A DNA stretch of 64,000 bases from positions 5,300 to 69,299 of the forward strand of contig JARLIA010000001.1 in the NCBI GenBank assembly GCA_031291955.1, in the 5' to 3' direction. Positions 26,619 to 37,695 of the stretch are shown one piece after another. The DNA is from Minisyncoccota bacterium. GTDB lineage: Bacteria; Patescibacteriota; Minisyncoccia; Moranbacterales; UBA2206. The position numbers and the translations under genes are program-made. The number at the start of each line of letters is the position of its first letter. Position 1 is the stretch's first letter. The notes under the pieces are model-generated. The model worked only from the letters and a program-made list of their open reading frames with translations. It did no database searches and had not been told where the DNA came from.

Positions 26619-28268
26619 ATGAACATGATAAAGAAATTATTTAACAAAAATATCTTAAATACCAAGCCGTCGTCATCTATTGCTAGTGCGGCTTTTATTA
26701 TTACCACGGCGGGTCTAGCCAGTCGGGCCCTTGGACTTTTGCGGGATCGTTTTTTGGCTGGCGCTTTCGGAGCGGGAAACACTTTGGATGTCTATTATGC
26801 TGCTTTCCGCGTTCCTGATTTGGTTTACAATCTTTTGATTTTCGGCGCTTTGTCAGCCGCTTTTATTCCAGTTTTTGCCGGTCTTATCAGTCAAAAAAAG
26901 GATGATGAAGCCTGGGAGGTGGCCAACGGTGTTATGAATCTGGCTGTCATGGTGATCATAATTCTGGCTGTCGTTTTAGGTATATTCGCGCCGGAGCTAA
27001 TGAAAATAATCACGCCCGGTTTTCCGCCGGAAAAAATAACCGAGACGGTTCTTTTCACGCGTATTATGTTTTTGAGTCCTTTGCTTTTAGGCGTGAGCGG
27101 AATTTTCGGCGGAATCTTGACATCTTTTCGGCGCTTTTTGATCTATTCCATCGCGCCGCTTTTTTATAACCTGGGTATCATTATCGGCATTCTTGTTTTC
27201 GTGAGATTTATGGGTCCGGTTGGTCTGGCTTGGGGGGTGGTTTTGGGCGCCGCTATGCACTTGACTGTCCAATATTTTGCTGTCAAGAATCTCGGCTATC
27301 GCCACGTTTGGCTTTCCCGGGGACATTTAATAAACAAAGACGTCAGAAAAGTCATCAAACTTATGATTCCCCAAACAATGGGAATTGCCATTATCCAGTT
27401 TAATCTTTTCATCATCACTATTTTTGCTTCGACGCTGGCGGCCGGAAGTCTGTCTATTATCAATTTCGCCCAAAATCTCCAAAGTGTGCCGGTCGGACTG
27501 TTTGGCGCGTCATTCGCCATCGCCGTTTTCCCAACTCTCTCGGCCTCTTTTGCCAAAAATGATCACAGCGATTTCATAAGATATTTCTCGGAAACTTTCC
27601 GACAGATTCTCTTCTTTATCATTCCGTCGACCGTTTTCGTCATTCTCTTGAAAGCCCAGTTGGTCCGAGTGGTGCTCGGAACCGGAAAGTTTGACTGGAC
27701 GGATACGGTTCTGACTTTTCAGGTGCTCCAGATTTTCGCCCTCAGTCTTTTCGCCCAGTGTCTGACGCCGCTTCTGGCTCGGGCGTTTTATTCCATGCAC
27801 GACACTAAGACGCCTTTTTATATGGCGGCTTTTTCCGAGCTGATAAATATCATCTGTATCCTAAACTTTATCCATCCTTTCGGAATTATGGGACTAGCCT
27901 GGGCCTTTTCCATTTCTACTATGGTCGAGACTCTAGCTTTACTTTTCTTCATACGGATGCGCTTGGAAAATTTGGATGATAAAGAGATTCTCCGGTCTCT
28001 GGCAAAAATCGCGCTGGCCTCGATTTTGGCCGGCATCGGCATTCAAATTACTAAATACGCCGTAAACGAAGTGGTTAATATTGACACTTTTTTGGGAATA
28101 TTTTCCCAATTGGCGGTTTCCTCTGGTGTGGGAATTGCGATTTTCCTTCTGGCTTGCCAAGTTTTTCAAATCGAAGAGTTTATGAGTTTCAAAAATTCTT
28201 TGACCAAGAGACTTTTCCGCAGCCGAAAAAACATCATCGAAGATTTGGGCGATGTCAGCGGGATGTAA
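26619..28268 (+). CDS. murJ: Lipid II flippase MurJ (MviN)
   Basis: SRALGLLRD, AAFRVPD, GALSAAFIPVF, RAFYSMHDTKTP. Confidence 0.93.
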   Translation: MNMIKKLFNKNILNTKPSSSIASAAFIITTAGLASRALGLLRDRFLAGAFGAGNTLDVYYAAFRVPDLVYNLLIFGALSAAFIPVFAGLISQKKDDEAWEVANGVMNLAVMVIIILAVVLGIFAPELMKIITPGFPPEKITETVLFTRIMFLSPLLLGVSGIFGGILTSFRRFLIYSIAPLFYNLGIIIGILVFVRFMGPVGLAWGVVLGAAMHLTVQYFAVKNLGYRHVWLSRGHLINKDVRKVIKLMIPQTMGIAIIQFNLFIITIFASTLAAGSLSIINFAQNLQSVPVGLFGASFAIAVFPTLSASFAKNDHSDFIRYFSETFRQILFFIIPSTVFVILLKAQLVRVVLGTGKFDWTDTVLTFQVLQIFALSLFAQCLTPLLARAFYSMHDTKTPFYMAAFSELINIICILNFIHPFGIMGLAWAFSISTMVETLALLFFIRMRLENLDDKEILRSLAKIALASILAGIGIQITKYAVNEVVNIDTFLGIFSQLAVSSGVGIAIFLLACQVFQIEEFMSFKNSLTKRLFRSRKNIIEDLGDVSGM

Positions 28269-28337
28269 ATTTAGGTAAAAGGTAAAAAGTAAAATTCAAA
28301 AGTATAATACGGCAGATTTTTTTGGAAATCTGTTTTT

Positions 28338-28700
28338 TTATTTCTTGATAATCATGTAAAGGCCGATGGCGATGATTCCTGCGCCGAAGATTTTTTGTAA
28401 GATCCCGTCGGGAAGATCAATGGCGATTTTTGAGCCGAAATAGCCGCCAATCACAAATCCGATACAAATAAGGATGGCCACTCGCCAATCGACAAAACCA
28501 TTTTTCCAATATTCATAAGCCGCCAAAATGCCGATCGGCGGAACCATGAGCGCCAAGGTCGTTCCCTGGGCCAAGTGTTCCGAAAAACCGAAAAAGAAAA
28601 TCAGCGCGGGCACGATGATAACGCCGCTACCAATACCGATCAGTCCACTAGTTGTTCCGGCTAGAAGGCCGAGTAGAAGAAAAATGAAAATATTGGACAT
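28338..28700 (-). CDS. TauE/SafE family membrane protein (half-size)
   Basis: GLIGIGSGVIIVPAL, AQGTTL. Confidence 0.8.
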   Translation of the reverse strand: MSNIFIFLLLGLLAGTTSGLIGIGSGVIIVPALIFFFGFSEHLAQGTTLALMVPPIGILAAYEYWKNGFVDWRVAILICIGFVIGGYFGSKIAIDLPDGILQKIFGAGIIAIGLYMIIKK

Positions 28701-28798
28701 AGTTTTATTTTTTGCTTTAAATATTGATTATTTGTTTGTATTGAGCTAAGATACTTGTATGTCGATTATAGCATAAAACACCACCAAAAACTATTTTT

Positions 28799-30598
28799 AT
28801 GGAGAACATCCGCAATTTTTGCATCATCGCGCACATTGATCACGGCAAGTCGACGCTGTCCGACCGGCTTTTGGAAATGACCGGAACGATCGAGATGCGG
28901 AAAATGAAAGAGCAACTGCTGGACACGATGGATCTGGAACGAGAGCGGGGGATAACCATCAAGATGCAGCCGGTCCGGATGAACTATAAAAATTATATCT
29001 TAAATTTAATTGATACGCCCGGGCATGTGGATTTCGGTTATGAAGTATCGCGCAGTTTGGCGGCAGTGGAAGGGGCGGTACTCTTGGTTGACGCGACCAA
29101 AGGCGTGCAGGCGCAGACTTTGGCTAATCTCTATCAGGCCATCGACCATAATCTGGCAATTATTCCGGTGGTCAACAAAATCGATCTGCCCAACGCCGAC
29201 CCGGAAAAAACCAAAAAAGAAATCATTCACATTCTTGGTTGCGACGAAGAAGATATTTTGGAAGTCTCCGGAAAAACTGGGCAAGGCGTGGACAAACTCC
29301 TAGAAAAAATAGTCCAAGTTATTCCGCCGCCCAAAGGTGAACCAGGCAGTTCGCTCCGGGCGCTCATTTTCGATTCGAAGTATGATACCTACAAGGGCGT
29401 CTTGGCGTACGTTCGAATTGTGGATGGGGAAGTCAAGGCCGAAGACGATATTTTCATGCTGGTGAAACGCTCGGAAAGCAATGTCATTGAAGTCGGTTAT
29501 TTCAAACCAGCCTTGGAAAAGACGGCCAAATTGAAAACGGGAGAAATCGGCTATATCGCGACCGGCTTCAAGAGCGTTGAGGAATGCCGGGTGGGTGACA
29601 CGATAACTCACGAAAGCCGAGCGAAGGAAAAGCGAATGGGAACGAATAAAATTGAGCCGCTTCCTGGGTATAAGGAAGTGAGTCCGATGGTGTATGCCAG
29701 TTTTTATCCGATCGAAGGCGATGATTACAATTTGATGCGGGACGCGCTTGGGAAATTGAAACTCAACGACGCCGCTTTTGCGTTTGAGCCGGAATCCAAT
29801 CTAGCGCTGGGACGGGGTTTTCGTTGCGGCTTTTTGGGGCTGCTTCATTTAGAGATCATTCAATCGCGCTTGGAACGTGAGTTTGACATCAGCCCGACCA
29901 TCACCACTCCCAGCGTGGTTTATGAAATAACGCTCAAGGGCAATGCTGAAAAATTTAAAATATATTCGCCGTCCGAATATCCCGATCCGTCAACCTTGGA
30001 AGAAATTTCCGAACCGTACGTCCAGCTGGAAATCGTCTCGCCTTCCAACTACTTGGGCGCCATAATGGAAGTGATGAAAAATACCCGAGCTGAATATCAA
30101 AACACTGAATATCTCGATTCCGAGCGGATGATTTTGAAATTCGATTGTCCTTTGACCGACGTCATCACCAATCTCCATGATGATCTTAAGAGTGCGTCGT
30201 CCGGATACGCTTCAATGAATTATGAAATCAAAGACTATCGCGCGTCTGATTTGATTAAGCTTGACATTATGGTGGGCGGGGAAGCGGTGGATGCTTTTTC
30301 GCGGATCGTGCCCAGGGATAAGGCTTTCCCGGAGGGCAAACGAGTCGTCTCCAAGTTGAAAGAACTGATTCCGCGCCAGAATTTCCAGGTGGCTATCCAG
30401 GCGGCTGTCGGCGGAAAAATCATTTCCCGGGAAACAATCACCGCTTTTCGAAAGGATGTGATCGCCAAACTCTATGGCGGCGATATCACTCGAAAAAGAA
30501 AACTCTTGGAAAAGCAAAAGAAGGGCAAGAAAAAAATGAAAAACATCGGCCGCGTCAGCATCCCACCGGAAGCGTTCTTAGAAGTGCTGAAGAAATAA
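28799..30598 (+). CDS. lepA: Elongation factor 4
   Basis: IRNFCIIAHIDHGKSTL, GFRCGFLGLLHLEI, LYGGDITRKRKLLEKQK. Confidence 0.99.
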   Translation: MENIRNFCIIAHIDHGKSTLSDRLLEMTGTIEMRKMKEQLLDTMDLERERGITIKMQPVRMNYKNYILNLIDTPGHVDFGYEVSRSLAAVEGAVLLVDATKGVQAQTLANLYQAIDHNLAIIPVVNKIDLPNADPEKTKKEIIHILGCDEEDILEVSGKTGQGVDKLLEKIVQVIPPPKGEPGSSLRALIFDSKYDTYKGVLAYVRIVDGEVKAEDDIFMLVKRSESNVIEVGYFKPALEKTAKLKTGEIGYIATGFKSVEECRVGDTITHESRAKEKRMGTNKIEPLPGYKEVSPMVYASFYPIEGDDYNLMRDALGKLKLNDAAFAFEPESNLALGRGFRCGFLGLLHLEIIQSRLEREFDISPTITTPSVVYEITLKGNAEKFKIYSPSEYPDPSTLEEISEPYVQLEIVSPSNYLGAIMEVMKNTRAEYQNTEYLDSERMILKFDCPLTDVITNLHDDLKSASSGYASMNYEIKDYRASDLIKLDIMVGGEAVDAFSRIVPRDKAFPEGKRVVSKLKELIPRQNFQVAIQAAVGGKIISRETITAFRKDVIAKLYGGDITRKRKLLEKQKKGKKKMKNIGRVSIPPEAFLEVLKK

Positions 30599-30648
30599 AC
30601 CGCGTCAGTCGACTTTGCATAAAGTTGAATTTTTGTTAAAATAATGTT

Positions 30649-30765
30649 ATGAGTATTCAAAAGCGCAATAAGCGGATGTACCGCATTTGGGTAGTTATTT
30701 CCATTATCGGCGTTTTGGCGATGCTGGCTTTTACGCTGGCGCCGCTTATGACGCTGATGAGGTAA
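30649..30765 (+). CDS. Small single-TM protein (38 aa; not in ORF track)
   Basis: MSIQKRNKRMYRIWVVISIIGVLAMLAFTLAPLMTLMR*; upstream TTGCAT-16-TAAAAT. Confidence 0.6.
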   Translation: MSIQKRNKRMYRIWVVISIIGVLAMLAFTLAPLMTLMR

Positions 30766-30783
30766 CTCCGCCGCCGGGATTTT

Positions 30784-31185
30784 ATGCGAAACAACAATGA
30801 AAGTTCGAACAAATGGCTCCTGTGGTCAATAGCGTTTTTGGTCTTGGTGATATTGGGCATTTTTGGTTATTTCCTTTCCAAAGAAATGAAACAAAAGGCT
30901 GAAGTCGACCAGCAGATCCAAGCTTTGGAGAACCAGGCCGACCAAATCAAGAAAGAGAATATGCAGCTTCAGGAAAGAATTAGCTATCTTGGTAGTCAGA
31001 ATTACCAAAAACTCGAAGCCAAAACCAATCTGGATCTCCAGGATCCCGGCGAAAAAGTGGTTGTAATTACCCCTGGTCCGGCGCAATCTGGAGATGCGGC
31101 TGGAAATGTTTCGCCCTCTTCCGTTTCGTCTCCGGTTGTCGAGCAGATCCCTAATTGGCGGAAGTGGTGGAATTATTTTTTCTAA
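30784..31185 (+). CDS. Septum formation initiator (DivIC/FtsB-like)
   Basis: TM plus coiled coil, then EAK..L.LQDPGEKVVVI. Confidence 0.8.
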   Translation: MRNNNESSNKWLLWSIAFLVLVILGIFGYFLSKEMKQKAEVDQQIQALENQADQIKKENMQLQERISYLGSQNYQKLEAKTNLDLQDPGEKVVVITPGPAQSGDAAGNVSPSSVSSPVVEQIPNWRKWWNYFF

Positions 31186-31189
31186 ATAA

Positions 31190-32275
31190 ATGAATTTTAA
31201 CAAACACACAACAGAAGAAAATATTCCGCCGGAGCGTACGGAGAAGAAAGTGAAGATGATCACCGTCATTTTAGCTTTCGCAATAATTGCCATGATTTAT
31301 ATCATTACCATTGGCGTTTTGATCTGGTTTTTCGGTTTTTCCAAAAGCGACGTAGTCAGAAAGACTGCCGCGATTGTTCCATATCCGGCCGCGATTGTCG
31401 GAACAAATGTCATAACTTTCAACAAGTTGATGACCGAATTGGACGCGGCCCGACAATTTTACCAAGGTCAGAATTTTTCCGCCTTGGGTCTGCAAGTGGA
31501 TTTTTCCACGCCTGACGGGCAGAAAAAAATTGAAATTAAAAAAAGAGAAATCCTGGAAAAACTTATTGAGAATGCCGTTATTGAAAACGAGGCCAAAAAA
31601 AGAGGAATAACGCTCTCTAGCGCGGATGTCAACCAAGAAGTCAACACCGAGCTTCAAAAATATGGAAGTGAAGACAATTTGAAAAATACCATGCAAAAGT
31701 TATACGGATGGAACATTTCCCAGTTCGAAGAAAATATCGTAAAACCCGATCTTTATGCTCAAAAATTATTTGCCGATATAGAGGCGTCCGATCCGAGTTA
31801 CGCAGCAGCTAAGGCCAAGATAACCCAAGCCCAGGATCAATTGAACAACAACGCTGATTTTTCCACAGTTGCCGACCAGTTTTCAGACGGCGCGACAGCT
31901 AAGAATGGCGGGGAATTGGGATGGTTTGGCGCCGATCAAATGCTTCCCGAAGTGTCCGCCGTAATAACAAAGATGAAGGTTGGCAGTCAAAGTGAAATAA
32001 TCCAGAGTTCAATCGGGTACCATATCGTGAGACTTGAAGACGAAAAAACCGAAAACAATGTTTCGATGTACAAAGTCAGCCAGATTTTTGTTCGGACTAA
32101 ATCTTTTTCCGATTGGATAGCCGATCTTGAAAAACAGGATAAAATTTGGATACCTATCCGAGAATTTGAATGGAGCAACCAAACTGATCAGGTGGAATTT
32201 CGCGATCCGGCTATGCAAGATTTAGAAAATAATCTCATCAAAAATTCGCCGGATGATCCGTCAGTTATATTCTAG
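31190..32275 (+). CDS. SurA/PrsA-like foldase with parvulin domain
   Basis: TM anchor, SurA-N region (LEKLIE...E.EAKKRGI), FSTVADQFSD..AKNGGELGW, IGYHIV. Confidence 0.85.
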   Translation: MNFNKHTTEENIPPERTEKKVKMITVILAFAIIAMIYIITIGVLIWFFGFSKSDVVRKTAAIVPYPAAIVGTNVITFNKLMTELDAARQFYQGQNFSALGLQVDFSTPDGQKKIEIKKREILEKLIENAVIENEAKKRGITLSSADVNQEVNTELQKYGSEDNLKNTMQKLYGWNISQFEENIVKPDLYAQKLFADIEASDPSYAAAKAKITQAQDQLNNNADFSTVADQFSDGATAKNGGELGWFGADQMLPEVSAVITKMKVGSQSEIIQSSIGYHIVRLEDEKTENNVSMYKVSQIFVRTKSFSDWIADLEKQDKIWIPIREFEWSNQTDQVEFRDPAMQDLENNLIKNSPDDPSVIF

Positions 32276-32348
32276 TCGATGCGGATTTACGAATAAAAAT
32301 TCGAATCGGTTTAGAAATATAATATTTAATCATTAATATCAAACAGCT

Positions 32349-32528
32349 ATGCCAAAGCCAAAAGTGAACCAAGACCTCTGCATCGGATGCGGAACCTGCG
32401 AGTCGCTTTGCCCGAATGTGTTCAAGATCGAGGACGGCAAGTCGCATGTTGTCGCCGAAGAATGTGGCGACTGCAATTGTCAGGAGACGATTGATTCCTG
32501 TCCCGTGAGCGCTATTTCTATGGAATAA
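32349..32528 (+). CDS. Single-cluster 4Fe-4S ferredoxin (59 aa; not in ORF track)
   Basis: MPKPKVNQDLCIGCGTCESLCPNVF...DSCPVSAISME*. Confidence 0.92.
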   Translation: MPKPKVNQDLCIGCGTCESLCPNVFKIEDGKSHVVAEECGDCNCQETIDSCPVSAISME

Positions 32529-32695
32529 AGCGTCCGGTTTTTTTGTATTAAGGTTTATATCAAAGCCTTTTTTGTGAACTCCAAATGAATCGGAAAACGT
32601 GTTTTTCCGGTTCGCCTCGTGTCGCAAATGATCAAGAGACCCGTTTGAGACATGGAGCCAACTTACAATTTATTTTATTGCGCTCGTTCATAATT

Positions 32696-34207
32696 ATGAA
32701 AAACCAAAATACTATGGAAAACATCCCAAACAATCTTCCTGATGACACGGAGAAAGTCGAGGAAAACACTCAGGCTGTTCCGATGGAAACGGCCGATAAT
32801 TTCGTTACTAGTCCACTTGCGGACAAAAAGCCAGGACATTCATTTGCTTTCCTGGCGGTTGTACTGATTGTCATCACTATTTTTCTTTCTGCTACTTTCG
32901 GCGCGTTTTTCGGCTTTCTGGCTTCCCGGAGCGGATCGCCGCTTCTGGCTAATATTGGCGGTGGAAAATTATCCACCTTGTTTTCCGGAAATGATTCCAG
33001 TCAATCTTCAAAAGTAACCAAACAAAATATCGTCCAGGAAGATTCGGCGGTTATTGACGTAGTCAAGAAAACTTCACCGGCCGTCGTAAGCATTGTGATT
33101 TCCAAGGATATTTCCAATGATCAGAATTTAGGCGATCTGCCAAATTTATTCGGAGACCCTTTTAATCTTTTCTTCGGGCAAGGCCAGCAGGGTCAAGGCG
33201 GTGGTAGTGCGAACAATGGGAATGGCAATAATGGCAGTGTCAATGGCAATAATAATTCCGGCGGAAGCCAACAGCAAACTATCGGCGGCGGCACCGGATT
33301 CTTCATTACTAGCGACGGATTGATCGTGACCAATCGCCATGTCGTGGATGATTCCACGGCCAGCTACACGGTTGTGACAAATGATAGCAAGAAATATCCA
33401 GCCAAAGTATTAGCTGTTGATCCAGTTAATGACATTGCTGTTATCAAAATTAATGGCGCCGGCTTTCCGACGCTTAACCTTGGGAATTCCAATCAAGTTC
33501 AGGTCGGAGAGACAGTTATCGCCATTGGAAATTCACTTGGACAATTTTCCAATACGGTCAGCCGCGGCATTATTTCCGGTCTTCAACGGAATGTTACTGC
33601 TGGCGGCGATACCGGCCAAAGCGAACGATTGACTAATATTATTCAAACTGATGCCGCCATCAACCCAGGCAACTCCGGCGGTCCGCTTTTGGATATCGAC
33701 GGCAACGTGATTGGCATTAACGTGGCAATTGCTCAAGACGCTCAAAACATCGGTTTTGCCATCCCGTCCGACCAGATAAAAAAGGTTGTGAATGAAGTGA
33801 AAACGACCGGCAAAATCTCAACGCCCTATCTCGGCATCCGCTATATCCCGGTTGACAGCAGCTTGCAGCAGCAAAATAATTTGCCTTACGCCTATGGTGA
33901 CTTGGTAACCCGCGGCCAAACTATGGGAGATCTGGCGGTTATTCCTGGCTCGCCTGCTGACAAGGCTGGCATTGTGGAAAATGACATCATTCTGGAGGTG
34001 AATGGCACCAAGATTGACGACGGCAACGGCGGATCGGGACTTTCCGATCTGATCGCCCAACACAATGTTGGTGATACAGTCACTCTCAAAGTGTGGCACA
34101 AAGGCCAAACTAAAGATGTCCAAGTAACACTCATGGAACGGACGACTAACGTCAGTGATATCCAGAACAATCAAAATGGGAATAGTAATTCCAGCAACGG
34201 ACAATAA
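32696..34207 (+). CDS. htrA: HtrA/DegP-family serine protease with PDZ domain
   Basis: TNRHVV, DIAVIKI, QTDAAINPGNSGGPL triad intact; TM anchor; start 32696 or 32714. Confidence 0.93.
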   Translation: MKNQNTMENIPNNLPDDTEKVEENTQAVPMETADNFVTSPLADKKPGHSFAFLAVVLIVITIFLSATFGAFFGFLASRSGSPLLANIGGGKLSTLFSGNDSSQSSKVTKQNIVQEDSAVIDVVKKTSPAVVSIVISKDISNDQNLGDLPNLFGDPFNLFFGQGQQGQGGGSANNGNGNNGSVNGNNNSGGSQQQTIGGGTGFFITSDGLIVTNRHVVDDSTASYTVVTNDSKKYPAKVLAVDPVNDIAVIKINGAGFPTLNLGNSNQVQVGETVIAIGNSLGQFSNTVSRGIISGLQRNVTAGGDTGQSERLTNIIQTDAAINPGNSGGPLLDIDGNVIGINVAIAQDAQNIGFAIPSDQIKKVVNEVKTTGKISTPYLGIRYIPVDSSLQQQNNLPYAYGDLVTRGQTMGDLAVIPGSPADKAGIVENDIILEVNGTKIDDGNGGSGLSDLIAQHNVGDTVTLKVWHKGQTKDVQVTLMERTTNVSDIQNNQNGNSNSSNGQ

Positions 34208-34280
34208 ATCAGAACCACTGATTATCACATGATTTCACTGAATTTATTCTTCATGTGCAATCAAGTGATTCAGACAATAC

Positions 34281-36896
34281 ATGGATCTTAACAAACTCAC
34301 CACCAAATCCCAAGAGGCTCTTAGGAATTCCCAAGAGTTAGCCATTACTCGAAACCAGCAGCAGGTGGATGTTTTTCATTTGCTCTATTCTCTGATTATT
34401 CAAGAAAATTCGGTGGTGCCGCTCATTTTGAAAAAGTTAGAAGCCAATCTCGATGCCATCCGGGCCGCTCTTTTGGCGGAAATAGAACGCTATCCCAAAG
34501 TCACACAGCTTGCGGCCGCCCAGATTTTCATCACTCCGGAAATGGTCATGGTTTTGAGCAATGCTGAGCAGGAAGCTAAAAAAATCGGCGATGAATATAT
34601 CTCGACCGAACACCTTCTCCTTTCCCTTCTGACTTCCAAGACCCGGGCTAAGGATTTTCTGGCCATAAACGGCGTGAATTATGACAATGTTTTGAAAATC
34701 ATGTCCGAGATCAGGGGTTCACAGCGGGTCGACACGCCGGAACCGGAAACCAAATTCCAAGTGATGGAAAAATACACTTTGAATCTGACGGATTTTGCCC
34801 GAAGCAAGAAACTTGACCCGGTCATTGGCCGGGATGATGAGATTCGCCGCCTAATGCAGGTGCTTTCCCGCCGCACTAAAAATAATCCGGTCTTGATTGG
34901 TGAGGCCGGTACGGGGAAAACGGCCATCGTGGAGGGTTTGGCGCAAAGGATCGCGGACGGCGATGTGCCGGAAACTTTGAAAGACAAAATTCTGGTTTCT
35001 CTCGACTTGGGATCTTTATTGGCTGGCACAAAATTCCGCGGCGAATTCGAAGAGCGCTTGAAGGCGATTATGAACGAAATTGAACGGGCGGCTGGAAAAT
35101 ATATCCTTTTTATCGACGAACTGCATACATTGGTCGGTGCGGGCGCCATTGAGGGCGCGCTCGACGCTTCCAATATGTTGAAACCCGCGCTCGCCCGGGG
35201 AAAAATAAAAATGATCGGTGCTACCACCACCAAAGAATATCAAAAATATATCGAGAAGGACGCCGCTCTCGAACGGCGCCTTCAGCCGATTATGGTTGGC
35301 GAACCGTCGATTGAAGATACTGTTGCCATTCTCCGCGGTCTCAAGGAGAAATACGAAGTGCATCACGGAGTAAAAATCACCGATGGTGCTATTCAAGAAG
35401 CTGTGCGTCTTTCCGATCGCTACATCACCGATCGTTATCTGCCGGACAAGGCCGTTGATCTGATTGACGAAGCTACCAGCGCGCTTCGCATGGAAATTGA
35501 TTCCATGCCGGCCGAAATTGATTCATCCGAGCGTCTTATTCGGCGTCTTGAAATCGAAAAGAAGGCTTTCGAGCGGGAAAGCGGTGATTCGGATGCTAAA
35601 AAAAGGATCCGGGAGCTGAATAAAAAACTGGCCGAAGTCCGGGAACAATCGCAAAAAATGCTGCTCCAGTGGAAAGCGGAAAAGGAGCTTATCACAAATA
35701 TAAGAAAGCACTCGGCTGATATTGAAAAGTTGAAATCAGAAGCGGAAATTGCCGAACGTCTGATGGAGCTTGATCGGGTGGCGGAAATTCGTTATGGAAA
35801 AATTCCAGAGCTGGAAAAAAAGATTAAAATTGAAAAGAAAAAACTGGATACGATTCAAAGCAAGACGCCTATTTTGAAAGAAGAGGTGACAGAAGAAGAC
35901 ATTGCCAAGGTCGTTTCACGCTGGACCGGTGTTCCAGTGTTCAAGATGCTGGAAGACGAATCGATAAAACTGGCAACCATGGAAAAAGAACTGGCTAGTC
36001 GGGTAGTCGGACAGAAAGAAGCTATTCATTCCGTTTCCAATGCTATCCGGCGTTCCCGGGCTGGCATTTCGGAAGTTCAGCGTCCAATCGGTTCGTTTAT
36101 ATTTTTAGGGCCGACCGGAGTTGGAAAGACGGAATTGGCCAAGGCTCTCGCCGAATTTTTATTCAACGATGAAGCCTCGATGCTCCGAGTGGATATGAGT
36201 GAATACATGGAATCGCATAGTGTGTCCAAGATTATCGGCTCGCCCCCGGGCTATGTCGGCCACGAAGATGGTGGGCAATTGACGGAACTCGTCCGACGAA
36301 AGCCATACAGCGTCATCTTATTCGACGAAATTGAAAAAGCCCATCCTCAGGTTTTCAATATCATGCTTCAAATCATGGATGAAGGCCATCTGACCGATGC
36401 CAAGGGCCGGCGGGTGAATTTCAAAAACACTGTCATTATCATGACGTCAAACATCGGTTCGGACATTATCTATAAAAGCGGACTGGGTTTCCGGGATGAA
36501 GGCGCGGAGGAAACTTTGGGCGAAGAAGAAATGCGTCAGAAAGTCCTAGCTTCGCTTCGGGAAAATTTCAAACCGGAATTTTTGAACCGACTGGATGAAA
36601 TAATAATTTTCCATCCGATCGACCAAAAAATGCTCCGCCTTATCATTGATTTGCAACTCAAGGAACTTCAGAAGCGGTTGGACGGAAAAAACATCAAAGT
36701 AAATCTGACAGCTGCCGCTAAAAAATATCTGACCGAAAAGGGCTTCGATCCGGCCTATGGCGCCCGGCCCTTGAAACGCGTCATTCAAAATGATATCATG
36801 GATGAACTGGCACTGGAGATAATCGAAGGAAGAATAGCTGAAGGGGATAAGGTCAAAGCTGACATTGAAAAGGATAAAATTGTATTTACGAAATAG
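34281..36896 (+). CDS. clpB: Chaperone ClpB
   Basis: Two AAA+ modules ([16 protein letters not shown]) with a long coiled-coil middle domain. Confidence 0.95.
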   Translation: MDLNKLTTKSQEALRNSQELAITRNQQQVDVFHLLYSLIIQENSVVPLILKKLEANLDAIRAALLAEIERYPKVTQLAAAQIFITPEMVMVLSNAEQEAKKIGDEYISTEHLLLSLLTSKTRAKDFLAINGVNYDNVLKIMSEIRGSQRVDTPEPETKFQVMEKYTLNLTDFARSKKLDPVIGRDDEIRRLMQVLSRRTKNNPVLIGEAGTGKTAIVEGLAQRIADGDVPETLKDKILVSLDLGSLLAGTKFRGEFEERLKAIMNEIERAAGKYILFIDELHTLVGAGAIEGALDASNMLKPALARGKIKMIGATTTKEYQKYIEKDAALERRLQPIMVGEPSIEDTVAILRGLKEKYEVHHGVKITDGAIQEAVRLSDRYITDRYLPDKAVDLIDEATSALRMEIDSMPAEIDSSERLIRRLEIEKKAFERESGDSDAKKRIRELNKKLAEVREQSQKMLLQWKAEKELITNIRKHSADIEKLKSEAEIAERLMELDRVAEIRYGKIPELEKKIKIEKKKLDTIQSKTPILKEEVTEEDIAKVVSRWTGVPVFKMLEDESIKLATMEKELASRVVGQKEAIHSVSNAIRRSRAGISEVQRPIGSFIFLGPTGVGKTELAKALAEFLFNDEASMLRVDMSEYMESHSVSKIIGSPPGYVGHEDGGQLTELVRRKPYSVILFDEIEKAHPQVFNIMLQIMDEGHLTDAKGRRVNFKNTVIIMTSNIGSDIIYKSGLGFRDEGAEETLGEEEMRQKVLASLRENFKPEFLNRLDEIIIFHPIDQKMLRLIIDLQLKELQKRLDGKNIKVNLTAAAKKYLTEKGFDPAYGARPLKRVIQNDIMDELALEIIEGRIAEGDKVKADIEKDKIVFTK

Positions 36897-36922
36897 ATTG
36901 TAAAATTTCTAATTTTTTTACC

Positions 36923-37663
36923 GTGTTTCTCAAGATTCGTCCATTTATCTATAGTCTCGTCTATTTCCTGGGGCTTGAACTGATTGTTTTCTCACATCGG
37001 CATGTCCTGGGAATTCTTTTTGTATTGCTTCTGATCTCGGTTTATCAAGGGAAAAAAACTGGCGGACAATGGAAATTTTCTGTTCTGCCGGTTTTTTTCA
37101 CAATCTCTTCCGCTGCCCTGCTTTATCTGGTGGGACTTATCTATGAGCAGCAAATTTTCATCGTGCTGGCCTCAGTTATGTATTACCTAGCTCTTTTTGG
37201 TGCCTATCGCCTCAATCAATATGCGGGTGACCAGACGGCCCGCGGCATGAATATGGCCGCCACCATCTCAACCATCTTTTTCACCTACGCCGGCGCTTAC
37301 GGACTTTATCTCAATTTTTTTGTGCCGCTTTGGTGGCTGATTCTGGTCTATCTAGTTGTTACGCTCTTGGTCAGCTATCAGCATTTTTCTCTTATAAAAT
37401 ACGATGACAAAAAAATTGTTTGGGTTTACAGTTTTCTTTTGGCCCTTTCCATGTCTGAGTTGATTTGGACCATGAATTTTTGGCCGTTCGGTTATTTGAC
37501 GACGGGCGTAATCGCGCTTATACTCTATTATGTGCTGTGGGATCTTATCCAAAGCCATTTTTTGAACCTTTTGAGCCGGCGAAGAGTGGTGGCCAATATG
37601 ATCTTTTTTTCGGTTATTATTGGATTGATTTTATTAAGTTCAAAATGGCTGCCGAGCGTATAA
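36923..37663 (+). CDS. Polytopic membrane protein, unknown function
   Basis: Many hydrophobic segments; GTG start. Confidence 0.7.
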   Translation: MFLKIRPFIYSLVYFLGLELIVFSHRHVLGILFVLLLISVYQGKKTGGQWKFSVLPVFFTISSAALLYLVGLIYEQQIFIVLASVMYYLALFGAYRLNQYAGDQTARGMNMAATISTIFFTYAGAYGLYLNFFVPLWWLILVYLVVTLLVSYQHFSLIKYDDKKIVWVYSFLLALSMSELIWTMNFWPFGYLTTGVIALILYYVLWDLIQSHFLNLLSRRRVVANMIFFSVIIGLILLSSKWLPSV

Positions 37664-37695
37664 AAAATTTTTAATTTTCAATTTTGAATGTTTAT

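Noticed and set aside
32609-32660. Imperfect hairpin upstream of htrA as an RNA thermometer or riboswitch
   Set aside because: It does not cover the start codon and matches no motif I recognise.
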